Shown here piece by piece: positions 17,041 to 26,581 of a stretch of 64,000 bases of DNA (the stretch's first letter is position 1; each line of letters starts with the position of its first letter). Position numbers and translations under genes: made by a program. The stretch lies in the IMG/VR virus record IMGVR_UViG_3300036861_000232, positions 188 to 64,187 of that record, one strand, 5' to 3'. Origin of the DNA: a virus (Duplodnaviria; Caudoviricetes). The notes under the pieces were generated by a model. That model had not been told where the DNA came from and ran no database searches. It saw only the letters and a list, made by a program, of their open reading frames with translations.

Positions 17041-17505
17041 ATGAGCGCGCCCGCCCTCGCCCAATGTCCTACATGTGCCAGGCTCGAGGAAGAAAACGAA
17101 GAGCTGCGCTTCGAGCTCGACCAGCTGCGCGGACATGACGCCATTCTCCCCTACGTCCAGCATTTCCGCCTCACCCGCACCCAAGCGCGGCTTCTGCACT
17201 ATCTCTGTCAACAGCACAAGGCCGCGCGAATGCAGATCTTGGATGCCGTCTACGGCCACCTGCCTGATGCCGACCAGCCGCAGATTAAAATTCTTGATGT
17301 TCACCTGTGCCATATCAGGAAGAAGCTCACGCCATTCGGCATCACCATCGAAAACATCTGGGGTTACGGCTATCGCCTCAGCCCCGAAAACCGTCAGCGC
17401 ATAACGGCAATCATTCAAGAGGAGAAAACCAATGTCGAGACGAGCCAAGAAGCAGGAAGCCGAGGAAACGGTCGTCCATCTAACCAACGGCCCGCAGCCC
17501 GCTGA
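17041..17505 (+). CDS. Receiver-less OmpR/CtrA-type winged-helix protein
   Basis: PQIKILDVHLCHIRKKL...IENIWGYGYRL resembles the CtrA C-terminal domain. Confidence 0.8.
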   Translation: MSAPALAQCPTCARLEEENEELRFELDQLRGHDAILPYVQHFRLTRTQARLLHYLCQQHKAARMQILDAVYGHLPDADQPQIKILDVHLCHIRKKLTPFGITIENIWGYGYRLSPENRQRITAIIQEEKTNVETSQEAGSRGNGRPSNQRPAAR

Positions 17506-17818
17506 CTATCAACGCTACGTTGAGCGCATCGAGAATGTCCAAGCCGACATCGATGCCATTGACGAGAAGAAGAAGCGCGACAAGGAGCCGTTCCAGCATG
17601 ACATCAAGGCCCTCTACGACGAAGCCGAGGCCGTCGGCATCAACAAGAAGGCCCTGAAGCATGTCGTTGCCAAGCGGCGCAAGCTCTTAAAAGCGAAGCA
17701 AGCTTTCGAGAATCTCGATCTCGTTGACCGCAGCGATGCCGTGTCGATCGAGGCGGCGTTGGGGCCGTTCGCTGAAACTGAACTTGGCCAGGCAGCAGTA
17801 ACCGCTGCAACTCAATAA
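17432..17818 (+). CDS. GapR/DUF2312-like DNA-binding protein
   Basis: YVERIE...DIKALYDEA...G.NKKAL..VV..R. Confidence 0.72.
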   Translation: MSRRAKKQEAEETVVHLTNGPQPADYQRYVERIENVQADIDAIDEKKKRDKEPFQHDIKALYDEAEAVGINKKALKHVVAKRRKLLKAKQAFENLDLVDRSDAVSIEAALGPFAETELGQAAVTAATQ

Positions 17819-17819
17819 C

Positions 17820-19463
17820 ATGACCACGCCAAACCTTCGCCGCTTCACCGATCTGCCCGAGCCGGTGCCGGCAGCGGTAAAGGCATTGGCGGCTGATCAT
17901 CCGGCTGTGGTGGAGGGGCGCACAATCTTCCCTTCGACCGTTGCCGACCCGACTGATGCGCCGCGCTTGCTTGTATCGGGACACAACAATCGAAAGATCG
18001 GGCGTATCGTGGCCAAGGGTCCGTGGGAGGGAATGCCGATCTTCACCCTCACGCTTGAGGAGCGCGCCACCTGCCCAAGCGAGTGTCATATGTATCGCGC
18101 CTGCTATGGCAATGCGATGCCCTTCGCGCGTCGACACCGGCACGGTCCCGAGCTGGAAAAACGGTTGGAGTTGGAAGTCGAGACCCTTTCAATCGAATAC
18201 CCGAAGGGTTTCGTTGTCCGTCTGCATGTGCTCGGCGATTTCTATTCGGTCGAATATGCGGCGCTGTGGTGGCAGCTTCTCGAAAAGCACGCGGCCTTGC
18301 ACATCTACGGCTATACCGCCCGTTCGGTGAGCCAAGGCGAGATCGGCGCGGACATCACCGAAACCATCCACGACATGAATAGTAAGTTCCCGACGCGCTG
18401 CTTTATCCGCTATTCGCGGCCGAAACCGCAGCCGTTCGGCGCCATCGTTCTGGACCGTTCGGACTATGTAAAGCAGGGCGACGACATCATCATCTGTCCC
18501 GCCGAGATCTCTGCCACCGAATGCTGCGCCACCTGTGGCTTGTGCTGGTCGGAGGCGATGCGGAAAAAGACTATCGGCTTCCTCAAGCACGGACTCGGGT
18601 CGAATGAAACCGCCGCCAAGGTCGAGCAGGTCAATGCCCCGGAAGCAAAACCGAAGGCGGGAGACAAATATCGCAAGATCAAAACGCTGATCTTCTCGAA
18701 CGGCAAGCAGGCCCAGCGCGGCGCCGATCCGCCGCAGGTTATGAATATAAACCCGCGCGAATTGTGGGTCGACGAGCGGTATCAGCGGTCAATCTCCCGC
18801 AAGGGAGTCCGGCTCATCAGGAGCATCGTCGAGGGATGGGACTGGCGCAGGTTCAAGCCGCCGATTGTCACCGAGGATGAAAACGGTCGGCTGACGGTGA
18901 TCGACGGCCAGCATACGGCCATTGCCGCTGCTTCGATTGACTGGCTTAAAGAAATTCCAGTGTTGAAAGTGCGATCAGGTGGCGTGGAGCAGAGTGCGGC
19001 GGCCTTCGTCAGCCACAACCGCAATCGCGTCAATCTGACACCGATGCAGATTTACTACGCCGAGATCGCCGCCGGCGATCCTCTGACGCTGAAGGTTAAA
19101 TCCGCCTGTGATAAGGCCGACATCATTGTTCTCAAGCTGCCGCCGCAAAATAGCGATTACGGTCCCGGTGAAACCGTCGCTGTCGGCACGCTGAAATGGC
19201 TGGTGAAAAAACATGGCGATGTCTTTGCGCATCGTGTGTTGGGGATCGTGTCTGAGCTTTGTCTGGCGCCGATCAAGGAATTGCATCTGCGGGCGACCGC
19301 CTATGTTTGTTCGACATCGAAGCTGCCGGACCAGGAGATCATCCGTCGCTGGCGCACGATCAAGGACCCCATCCTTGCCGCTACCGAGGCAAGCGAGGAA
19401 GCCGAACCGCTTTGGCTGGCCTTGGGGCGGTCTCTGGCCAAGGACGAGGCGATGGTCGCATGA
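17820..19463 (+). CDS. GP88-like Cys-rich domain fused to ParB-like (DUF6551-like) domain
   Basis: TCPSEC...ACY, RLHVLGDF, YGYT, CP...CATCGLCW; then VDERYQR...VIDGQH. Confidence 0.72.
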   Translation: MTTPNLRRFTDLPEPVPAAVKALAADHPAVVEGRTIFPSTVADPTDAPRLLVSGHNNRKIGRIVAKGPWEGMPIFTLTLEERATCPSECHMYRACYGNAMPFARRHRHGPELEKRLELEVETLSIEYPKGFVVRLHVLGDFYSVEYAALWWQLLEKHAALHIYGYTARSVSQGEIGADITETIHDMNSKFPTRCFIRYSRPKPQPFGAIVLDRSDYVKQGDDIIICPAEISATECCATCGLCWSEAMRKKTIGFLKHGLGSNETAAKVEQVNAPEAKPKAGDKYRKIKTLIFSNGKQAQRGADPPQVMNINPRELWVDERYQRSISRKGVRLIRSIVEGWDWRRFKPPIVTEDENGRLTVIDGQHTAIAAASIDWLKEIPVLKVRSGGVEQSAAAFVSHNRNRVNLTPMQIYYAEIAAGDPLTLKVKSACDKADIIVLKLPPQNSDYGPGETVAVGTLKWLVKKHGDVFAHRVLGIVSELCLAPIKELHLRATAYVCSTSKLPDQEIIRRWRTIKDPILAATEASEEAEPLWLALGRSLAKDEAMVA

Positions 19464-20185
19464 CGCTTAAGTGCAAAATATGCGGCAAGCCTTACGAGCG
19501 CGGCCTTAAGAGCAAACGCCAGTGCTGCTCGCGATCATGCTGGATTGCCCTGTCCTGGCGCAATGAAGAGACCGCCGCAAAACGCCGAGCAACAATGAGC
19601 ATTGTGCAAAAGGCACGACGCTGCGGCGCCAACCTCAACCGCATGCGGTGGTCCAGGCCGGGCGAGCGGGAAAGGTTGTCGGAATGGAACCGCAAGACAT
19701 GGGCCGATCCTGAGATTCGCAAGAAGCGCAGCGCAGGAATCCGCAGGCAGGCACGGCGTCCTGAATTCCGAAAGAAGATGTCGGATATTCGCAAGCGCGA
19801 CTGGCAGAACCCGGAATACCGCGAAAAGATGATAACCGGCAATCGCCGGGGCCACGGGCGTCCGGAATATCGCAAGCTCTTTTCCGACAATCTTCGCCGC
19901 CGATGGGCCGAGCCGAAGTCGCGTGCCAAATTATTGAAGGCAGTGCGGGAAACTGCGGCGAAGATCAATCGCGGGCGAGGGCTTACTCAGGAACAAGTGG
20001 CGCTTTATTGGGCACTGCAGCAGCTGGCGGCGGGCGGAGTTGTCGACATGCCGTCTCGGCAGCTTTGTCGTGAGGCCGGCATAGGCATGGCGCGCATTGA
20101 GACAGTGATTGCGCGTCTCAAGGCCAAGCGGCTCATCAAGATCGATGGTCCCGACCGTTATCGCATGAAAGAGGAGACGCCATGA
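19460..20185 (+). CDS. Basic protein with Zn finger, NUMOD-like repeats and C-terminal HTH
   Basis: CKICGK...CSRSC followed by repeated W..PE.R.K.S units. Confidence 0.6.
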   Translation: MTLKCKICGKPYERGLKSKRQCCSRSCWIALSWRNEETAAKRRATMSIVQKARRCGANLNRMRWSRPGERERLSEWNRKTWADPEIRKKRSAGIRRQARRPEFRKKMSDIRKRDWQNPEYREKMITGNRRGHGRPEYRKLFSDNLRRRWAEPKSRAKLLKAVRETAAKINRGRGLTQEQVALYWALQQLAAGGVVDMPSRQLCREAGIGMARIETVIARLKAKRLIKIDGPDRYRMKEETP

Positions 20186-20757
20186 AATACGACCGCGAAT
20201 GGGCAATGTATGAAACGCGCTGCAAGCAGCAGGATGGCGAGTTTCAGATAGCCGCCAAGGCGCAACGGCTGTGGTACATGCCCCCTTATATCGCGCCTGT
20301 GGATAATGCGCCTCTCCGTCCTGTGGACAAGCCTGTGGACAACCTTGTGGATAACGTCTCCGAACAGATCATTGAGGAGCCGCCACCAGCCCCGCCACCC
20401 AAGCCGAAGCCCGTCCTGTTCGACAAGAACCGCATTCCGCTTTCGCGCGGACAGATCGTCGTCAAGACCGTCTCGATGGTGAGCGGGATACCGGTCAAGT
20501 TCATCACCGGCCCGCATCGTCAACGCCATCTCATGCCGGCGCGGCGCGCCGCTGTCTGGCTTCTGGTGAAGGAAGTCCGCTTGAGCTATCCCGCCACCGG
20601 TCGGGTCCTCGGCAACCGTGATCACTCGACCATCATCCATGCCGTCAGAAAATGCGGCGAGGCCGAGCATGCACTTATCGCCCAGGCCAAGGCGCTGCTT
20701 GAAGAAGCGGGCCATCTTGCCAAATGGGCGGCATGGGACGCAGTGGTGGAGGGATAG
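20182..20757 (+). CDS. DnaA domain IV (C-terminal HTH)-like protein
   Basis: R......R...WL......SYP..GR.LG.RDHSTIIHAVRK, the DnaA signature. Confidence 0.85.
   Translation: MKYDREWAMYETRCKQQDGEFQIAAKAQRLWYMPPYIAPVDNAPLRPVDKPVDNLVDNVSEQIIEEPPPAPPPKPKPVLFDKNRIPLSRGQIVVKTVSMVSGIPVKFITGPHRQRHLMPARRAAVWLLVKEVRLSYPATGRVLGNRDHSTIIHAVRKCGEAEHALIAQAKALLEEAGHLAKWAAWDAVVEG
20298..20354. promoter_or_regulatory. Array of four co-oriented DnaA boxes
   Basis: TGTGGATAA at 20298 and 20346; TGTGGACAA at 20322 and 20334. Confidence 0.75.
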
Positions 20758-20783
20758 CGGGACATCGAATGAGGCTTGAGGCT

Positions 20784-21671
20784 ATGAGCAAATTCTATCG
20801 CATGGACCCATGGGCTTGGGACGATGGCACCACTGGCCTCTCTCTGGAGCAGGAAGCCGCATATTTGAGAATAGTTAATGCTACCAACAAAAGTGACGAG
20901 CCAATTATGGCTAATCGCTTCGCCCTTGCCGGCATGTTTCGCTGCAACACTGAAAAGGCCATGCGGCTGTTGCGAGACCTAGAGGCTGCTGGAAAAGTGC
21001 AACTCGTCGAAGGCCGCATCCATAACAAACGAGCCGACCAAGAGATCGAATATCGGCGTACCCTATCGGCCACTCGCGCCCAAGCGGCGAGCAACCGGAA
21101 ACCAACCGACACCGAACCCGCACCGAACCCATCAGCAACCGGTGAGCAACCGACCGCCAACCCACCAGCAACCGACGACGCTAAGCCATTGCAATCACTC
21201 AATGGGCAGGCAGCAATTCCTCGTTTAATAGAAGAGAATAGAATAGAAGAAGAAAAGAAGAAAAACAAAAAAGGCAACACGGCGCGTGGAACGCGCCTGC
21301 CTGATGATTGGTGGCCTCAAGACACCGATTGGCAATGGGCAAAAGACACGTTTCGTCTCGATGACAACCAGCTTCGCGAATTGACAGCCGACTTTAAGGA
21401 TTACTGGCCGACAGTGCCGGGGGCACGCGGTCGCAAACTTGATTGGTTTCGCACATGGCGTTGCCGCGTGCGTGACCGATTCGGAATAAACGGAAGGAGT
21501 AACCGCAATGGACAAGCTAGGCGACAACCTCCCCAAAATACCATCGCCGAGGGATTCGCAGAGATCAACGCTGCCCTCGATCAGCGGCTCGCCGACGAGC
21601 AAGGTCAGACAGGCGACAGCCCTGGCGGAGAAATTGCTGAGCTCGTACCCCGACTACGGCAAGGCTCCTAA
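20784..21671 (+). CDS. Replication initiator / replisome organiser (DUF1376/YdaU-like)
   Basis: T.GLSLEQ.AAY N-terminus; C-terminal GTRLPDDW...F.DYW...DW..TW. Confidence 0.8.
   Translation: MSKFYRMDPWAWDDGTTGLSLEQEAAYLRIVNATNKSDEPIMANRFALAGMFRCNTEKAMRLLRDLEAAGKVQLVEGRIHNKRADQEIEYRRTLSATRAQAASNRKPTDTEPAPNPSATGEQPTANPPATDDAKPLQSLNGQAAIPRLIEENRIEEEKKKNKKGNTARGTRLPDDWWPQDTDWQWAKDTFRLDDNQLRELTADFKDYWPTVPGARGRKLDWFRTWRCRVRDRFGINGRSNRNGQARRQPPQNTIAEGFAEINAALDQRLADEQGQTGDSPGGEIAELVPRLRQGS
21090..21177 (+). repeat. Eight tandem degenerate 11-bp iterons (candidate phage origin)
   Basis: agcaaccggaa/accaaccgaca/ccgaacccgca/ccgaacccatc/agcaaccggtg/agcaaccgacc/gccaacccacc/agcaaccgacg, followed by an A-rich tract. 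Confidence 0.7.
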
Positions 21672-22089
21672 GCCCTATCTCCTATCGATTGCCGAGATTT
21701 TAGGCCAGCTTTCTGAGGATGTTGTGGTCGCCGTGCTTGACCTTAAAACCGGAGTGCGAGCGCGATGTTCCTATCTCCCGACGGTAGCCGATATCGTCAA
21801 ATGCGCTGAGGAATATATCGTCCATCGTGATCGATTCAGGTCCGCTCCACGCGGAGGCATCCACAAGCTGCTTCCGCGCGCCACCGACCGTGAGCCAACG
21901 GAAGCGGAAAAGCAGCGGGCACGCGAAAATTGGGCCAAGGTCATGGCCGAATGGGCCAAACTCAAAGCCAATTGGGCGATGCACGACAGCAAAAAACCAT
22001 CGCCCATGATGGTCCCGGAAGGGCTAAGCAATGAAGAGGCGGCTAAATCAACGCCACGGTCCGGTGAAACCAAGCTAGGAACTGATTGA
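21508..22089 (+). CDS. Putative helicase loader / replication partner
   Basis: Overlaps the initiator 3' end; LLSSYP...CSYLPTVADI motif. Confidence 0.55.
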   Translation: MDKLGDNLPKIPSPRDSQRSTLPSISGSPTSKVRQATALAEKLLSSYPDYGKAPKPYLLSIAEILGQLSEDVVVAVLDLKTGVRARCSYLPTVADIVKCAEEYIVHRDRFRSAPRGGIHKLLPRATDREPTEAEKQRARENWAKVMAEWAKLKANWAMHDSKKPSPMMVPEGLSNEEAAKSTPRSGETKLGTD

Positions 22090-22262
22090 CGTGGTCCGCG
22101 AGGCGCGATGAAAGAGCTACCGCGGCGTCTCGCAGGACCAAGCGGTTTCAATGACGGAGAGAGCCTATGTGTCAGCGCAAAACATCGCCGGTCAACCTCC
22201 GAACACTGGATGATGATGGCTGGATACCACACGTTTCGAGACAAGCCGAAAGGAGCAGAAAG

Positions 22263-22541
22263 ATGAGTAATTTCAAGGTGGGGCAGAAGGTTGTGTGCGT
22301 GAAAAAGGCTTTGTGGAGTGGAAGGCGTAGCGGAGTTCCTTGCAAAGGCCCGACACTGCGGGAGGTCTGTACGGTTACCGGAGTCAAAGTATTTACAATA
22401 TTGCTGGCCGAGTATCCGGTCGATAGCGAGAGGTTCGCCGGTTATGACAAGCGCTCTTTCCGACCAATCGTTAACCAAGAGTGTGGCATGGAAATGCTGC
22501 GGGAGCTTTTGCAGCCGAAAGAAGAAAAGGTTTTGAGCTGA
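22263..22541 (+). CDS. Hypothetical protein
   Basis: FKVGQKVVCV...FRP; AAGGAG RBS. Confidence 0.65.
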   Translation: MSNFKVGQKVVCVKKALWSGRRSGVPCKGPTLREVCTVTGVKVFTILLAEYPVDSERFAGYDKRSFRPIVNQECGMEMLRELLQPKEEKVLS

Positions 22542-22543
22542 GG

Positions 22544-23131
22544 GTGACGAAGGGGCCGCGAGACATATCGGCTCGCCAGCAGAGGGTTCGACATGAAGGA
22601 CCGACGGTTTTTCTGCTTGTCAAACGCCGCGATTTGCTCGGTGGCGAGATCAAGATCGGCACCGGCGGCGTGCTCAGGCTTACCGTGTCGGAGGCCGTGG
22701 CCGCGGATGCACTTACCTATTACCACCATCTGGGCCTGCTTTCGGATTCACAGTTCTGTGCCGGGTCGGAATACGGTGATCTGCACTGGAAGCTCTTCGG
22801 CAAGGACTTTGCCCAGCGCGGCGTGTTTGCCAAGATCGTCCATGATGAGGCCACTGAGGATGAGGCTCCTGTGCATACGCGCGAAGCACCGATCCCGGTC
22901 AAGTGCCAGACCTATTGCGGTCAGTATTGCGACTGCCCGGCAAAGAACTGGATGGACGGCTTTGCCAGGTTCGGTGAGGCCGACCGGCATCTGCAGCGGT
23001 TTGCCCGTAACAAGGACAGGATCGTCATGCGCAAGGTGACGATCGACAAGGCATGGCCGGAGACCCAAGGCGAAGTCGCCCGCCTGATCTCCGCGCTCGA
23101 GGTTTTGAGGCGATATTGGAAGATGGGGTAA
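22544..23131 (+). CDS. Possible late-gene regulator (Q position)
   Basis: D.L..Y...G.L...Q..AG..Y...W pattern; lies after the replication genes. Confidence 0.4.
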   Translation: MTKGPRDISARQQRVRHEGPTVFLLVKRRDLLGGEIKIGTGGVLRLTVSEAVAADALTYYHHLGLLSDSQFCAGSEYGDLHWKLFGKDFAQRGVFAKIVHDEATEDEAPVHTREAPIPVKCQTYCGQYCDCPAKNWMDGFARFGEADRHLQRFARNKDRIVMRKVTIDKAWPETQGEVARLISALEVLRRYWKMG

Positions 23132-23134
23132 CTG

Positions 23135-23410
23135 ATGAAATGCCAGCACTGCGAGAAGCTCGGCCTCAGAAGCCGCCTCTACATCCGCGGCTCCGTTACC
23201 CTGCATGTCGACCAGCCGGAGGTTTACTACGACGAGGATGGCGTTTTTCATGTTCATGACCCGAATTGGCAGGTGCAGAGCTACCGCTGCAGCAACGACC
23301 ATCAGTTCAGCGCCAGACGGCGGCAGGGCTGCGCCGCTGATGGCTGCCAATTCAAGCCGCTGTTCGAGGTTCTCGAAGAACCGGCGCCGGCAGGGGAGGT
23401 GGTGAATTGA
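23135..23410 (+). CDS. Cys/His-rich hypothetical protein
   Basis: CQHC...YYDEDG.FH.HDPN...CSNDH. Confidence 0.6.
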   Translation: MKCQHCEKLGLRSRLYIRGSVTLHVDQPEVYYDEDGVFHVHDPNWQVQSYRCSNDHQFSARRRQGCAADGCQFKPLFEVLEEPAPAGEVVN

Positions 23411-23763
23411 GCAAGCGCAAAATGGTTCCTATTCCGGTCTGCGTTCAGGAGCAGTATGACGAAGGTCTGTTCGACTTCGGAAATACGTTTGAGGATGGGA
23501 CGCTGGACAGGGTCATCAGAAGCCTTGAGGCCATTCGCGAGTCGATTCCTGAGGAATATCGCGCAGCGGCCACTTGCGGGATCATGTCTGAAAGTGGCTA
23601 TGAAGGTAGTCATTACGCGCGCATTGAAGTGAGTTACGACCGCCCCGAAACCGACGAGGAAATGCAGCGACGGGAGAAGCGCGATCGCGATCATGAGGCG
23701 GCTATTCGCCGAGAGGAGCGCGCGTTGCTAAAGCGGTTGCAGAACAAGTACCGTGATGACTGA
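23407..23763 (+). CDS. Hypothetical protein
   Basis: GGAGGTG RBS; RPETDEE coiled-coil tail. Confidence 0.6.
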   Translation: MSKRKMVPIPVCVQEQYDEGLFDFGNTFEDGTLDRVIRSLEAIRESIPEEYRAAATCGIMSESGYEGSHYARIEVSYDRPETDEEMQRREKRDRDHEAAIRREERALLKRLQNKYRDD

Positions 23764-25067
23764 TCCAAAAATCCTCCCCGGTCTCCCCGGCGGCATGCCG
23801 ATGTCCCGCCAGCACCCGGTGAGCGTGCGGATCATCCCCAACACCCACCACGGCACCTTCGACATCCACTTGGGGATAGGGAATTTCGAGACCGCACTTG
23901 ATGCCCAGAGATTCGCCAGCAATTTGCAGCCGAAGATCGTTGAGGTTTTTGGAATGAGGGAAACCAAGCAGTGAGCATTATCACAGACAAGATGGTGGAG
24001 AGGGTCATCGCTGTCTTGATGGAGAGATTTGGCTATGGCGCCTATGAGGGGGAATCGGTACTCACGGAAAGCGAGGCAGAGTTTATAGCCCGTAAAATTG
24101 TACACGTCTTGGAGGACCTTGCCGAGAAGGAAGCCTCCCAATGAGCATCCTTGCCGCAGCTGGCCAGCTGTTCTTTGGCTGCAAGCCGCCCAAGCCGACA
24201 TCGGCGCTCTTTGTCGTCGAGACGCCCTACGCAAAGTTGTGGAATGTCGGGACCGATGGTCTGATCGCCTTCCACCAAATGCCCAAATCAACCGTCGTGC
24301 CGATGACCATCCGGCCGATGATTTCTGATGAAATAAAGGAGCATGCAGAGTAATGGTCGGTAGCATCTGGATGAGGCAGCAGCAGGCGAAAAAGCGCCGG
24401 AAGGGCGATGCCGAACGGCCCGCATTCGATTCCCGAACCACCCCCGATTTTCTCAAGGCAATAAAGCCTAAGCCCAAGAAGAAGGGGAAACGGAAATGAC
24501 CGCAGAACTTGTGCTAAGCTTGAAGGGCATCAATCTGGAGGAAGAGGACGCGAAGGTTTACCAAGCCGCGCTGGATGCCCTGAAACTGCTCACTGACGCT
24601 CAGATCGACAAGCTGTTTGATGAGGTCCAGAACAGGCGCGCCCGCAAGATCGCGGATCAGTGGCGCAAGCACGGGTTCGCGGAAACATGACTTGTCCACA
24701 GGGCATGTTGTTTATTTGGCGATTTTGCGCTAAAAGCCAAATCCTTAGGTTCGGAAGCTTTATGTTTGAAGTCAGGCGGGCGCCACCGGTAAGCGTCCGC
24801 CTTGTGTTTGGGGGGCATCGTGCTCACTGAATCTGAGAAGGAAAAGGCGCACGACATCGTGCGGGCCATGGCGGCATCTGCCGGTATCTATTGCCCGGCC
24901 CCGGCGCATGTGTTCATCACCGCCGCCCGCATATTCCTCGCCGCGCAGATCGCCACCCTGCCTGAGGATCAGCGCGAGGAATGCCTTGAGCAGATGTTCG
25001 ATACTTTCCCCGGCCAAGTCGACTATTTCGTCAAGAACCCGGTCGGCATCAAGGCGATGAGAACGCA

Positions 25068-25697
25068 GTGAACCCCTACCAAACCCTCGGCGTGCCGAAC
25101 GATGCCCCGCCCGCAGCGATCAAGCAGGCCTACCGCAAGGCGGCCAAGCAGGCCCATCCCGACAAGGGCGGCTCGGATGACGCCATGCACGCAGTTAATC
25201 GCGCCTGGCTGGTTTTAAGCGATCCGAAGCGTCGCGAGCGATACGACAAGACCGGCAAGATCGAGGAGAAGGACCTCAGCAACCCCGATACGCGGTCATG
25301 GGAGGTGATCACCTTCGCCCTCGACAAGCTGATCGAGGATGATGTCGCACTGAGCGTCAACATCAAGACCAAGGTGACTGAGATGCTCAGCGAAATTCTC
25401 GCCAAGATCGACCAGGGCCTCGACAAGGCCAAGCGCAAGAAGGCCAAGGCCGAGAACATCGCCGCCCGCTTTAAGCGCAAAAAGAAGGCCGAGGGCCTCG
25501 ACATGATGCTGCAGGTCTTGTCCTTCAAGCAGCGCAAGGAGCAGGAAGTCATCGACAAGCTGGAAGTCGAGAAGGCGACGATGACACGGGCTATCGAACT
25601 CCTGAAGGACTACGACTTCACGGCGGATAAGGTTTCATCGCAAGTCGCCAGGTCCCAGCAAGTTTGGTTCGGCAACACAACGACAGGAAATTACTGA
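25068..25697 (+). CDS. J-domain (DnaJ-like) protein
   Basis: PYQTLGV...IKQAYRK.A...HPDKGG...L.DP..R..YD. Confidence 0.92.
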   Translation: MNPYQTLGVPNDAPPAAIKQAYRKAAKQAHPDKGGSDDAMHAVNRAWLVLSDPKRRERYDKTGKIEEKDLSNPDTRSWEVITFALDKLIEDDVALSVNIKTKVTEMLSEILAKIDQGLDKAKRKKAKAENIAARFKRKKKAEGLDMMLQVLSFKQRKEQEVIDKLEVEKATMTRAIELLKDYDFTADKVSSQVARSQQVWFGNTTTGNY

Positions 25698-25701
25698 CAC
25701 A

Positions 25702-25884
25702 ATGCCAAGTAAGTCGAAGAAACAGCACCGGTTCATGCAAGCCGCTGCCCACAACCCCAAGTTCGCCAAGAAGGCCGGGATCAAGCCGTCGGTTGCCAAG
25801 GAGTTTGTCGCAGCCGATGCTGGCATTCATGTCGCGAGCCACCGTGACTGCTACGACGCCAAACGTAAACGAGTTAAATACTAG
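25702..25884 (+). CDS. Small basic phage protein
   Basis: MPSKSKKQHRFMQAAAH...VAKEFVAAD. Confidence 0.65.
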   Translation: MPSKSKKQHRFMQAAAHNPKFAKKAGIKPSVAKEFVAADAGIHVASHRDCYDAKRKRVKY

Positions 25885-25893
25885 GAAATATTC

Positions 25894-26184
25894 ATGCCTG
25901 GAGGGCGCCCCAAGGGCTCTAAAAACAAGCGCACCGTCGAACTTCTGAAGAAGGCGGCGGCCGTGCCTAGCTATGTGGACCCCGTCGATTTCCTGCTGAA
26001 TGTCGTTGCCGACGTTGGCGCCGACATGGGCATACGCATTGAGGCCGCGAAGGCCTCCGCGCCCTATGTGCGCGCCAAGCTGACGCCCATTGCCCCGCCC
26101 GAGGCTCAGGCTGGCAACCCCGGTCCATCCTCGTGGGATGACGACGATCCGCCCCTGGGCGAATATCCGGGACGGGCGAATTGA
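25894..26184 (+). CDS. Putative terminase small subunit
   Basis: GRPKGSKNK N-terminus and AAKASAPY..AKL; upstream of TerL. Confidence 0.6.
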   Translation: MPGGRPKGSKNKRTVELLKKAAAVPSYVDPVDFLLNVVADVGADMGIRIEAAKASAPYVRAKLTPIAPPEAQAGNPGPSSWDDDDPPLGEYPGRAN

Positions 26185-26191
26185 TGTGCTG

Positions 26192-26473
26192 ATGCTTAGC
26201 CGCCGCAAGTTCATCACCGCTGCTATCGGCATCATTGCCGCCCCTGCCATTGTGCGGGTTGCTTCACTCATGCCGGTGAAGGCGTGGGACGATCCGCGCA
26301 TTGCTGAAATGGGCAAGCTACAGGTTGTGGAATGGGGGGAGGCAATTCCATATACGGGCAGGCTTATTGAGCCTGACCATGAGGAGATTCATCGCATCCT
26401 GAACAAGATGAGATCGGTCATGCTGGAGGAAATACGCCTGTTCACCAAATTCAGACAGTTTGCCGATGCCTAA
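26192..26473 (+). CDS. Protein with twin-arginine-like N-terminus
   Basis: MLSRRKFITAAIGIIAAPAIVR. Confidence 0.55.
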   Translation: MLSRRKFITAAIGIIAAPAIVRVASLMPVKAWDDPRIAEMGKLQVVEWGEAIPYTGRLIEPDHEEIHRILNKMRSVMLEEIRLFTKFRQFADA

Positions 26474-26581
26474 AGACTTAACCAGCGAGCAATTTCGCCG
26501 TATCTGGGAACAGATGAGCAAGCGGTCTGAGCCGACCGAGGCCGAAGCACGTGAATGGTTGCTAGGTGCTGCGGGCATCAA

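Noticed and set aside
24692-24700. Single DnaA-box-like TTGTCCACA
   Set aside because: An isolated one-mismatch 9-mer is expected by chance in 64 kb.
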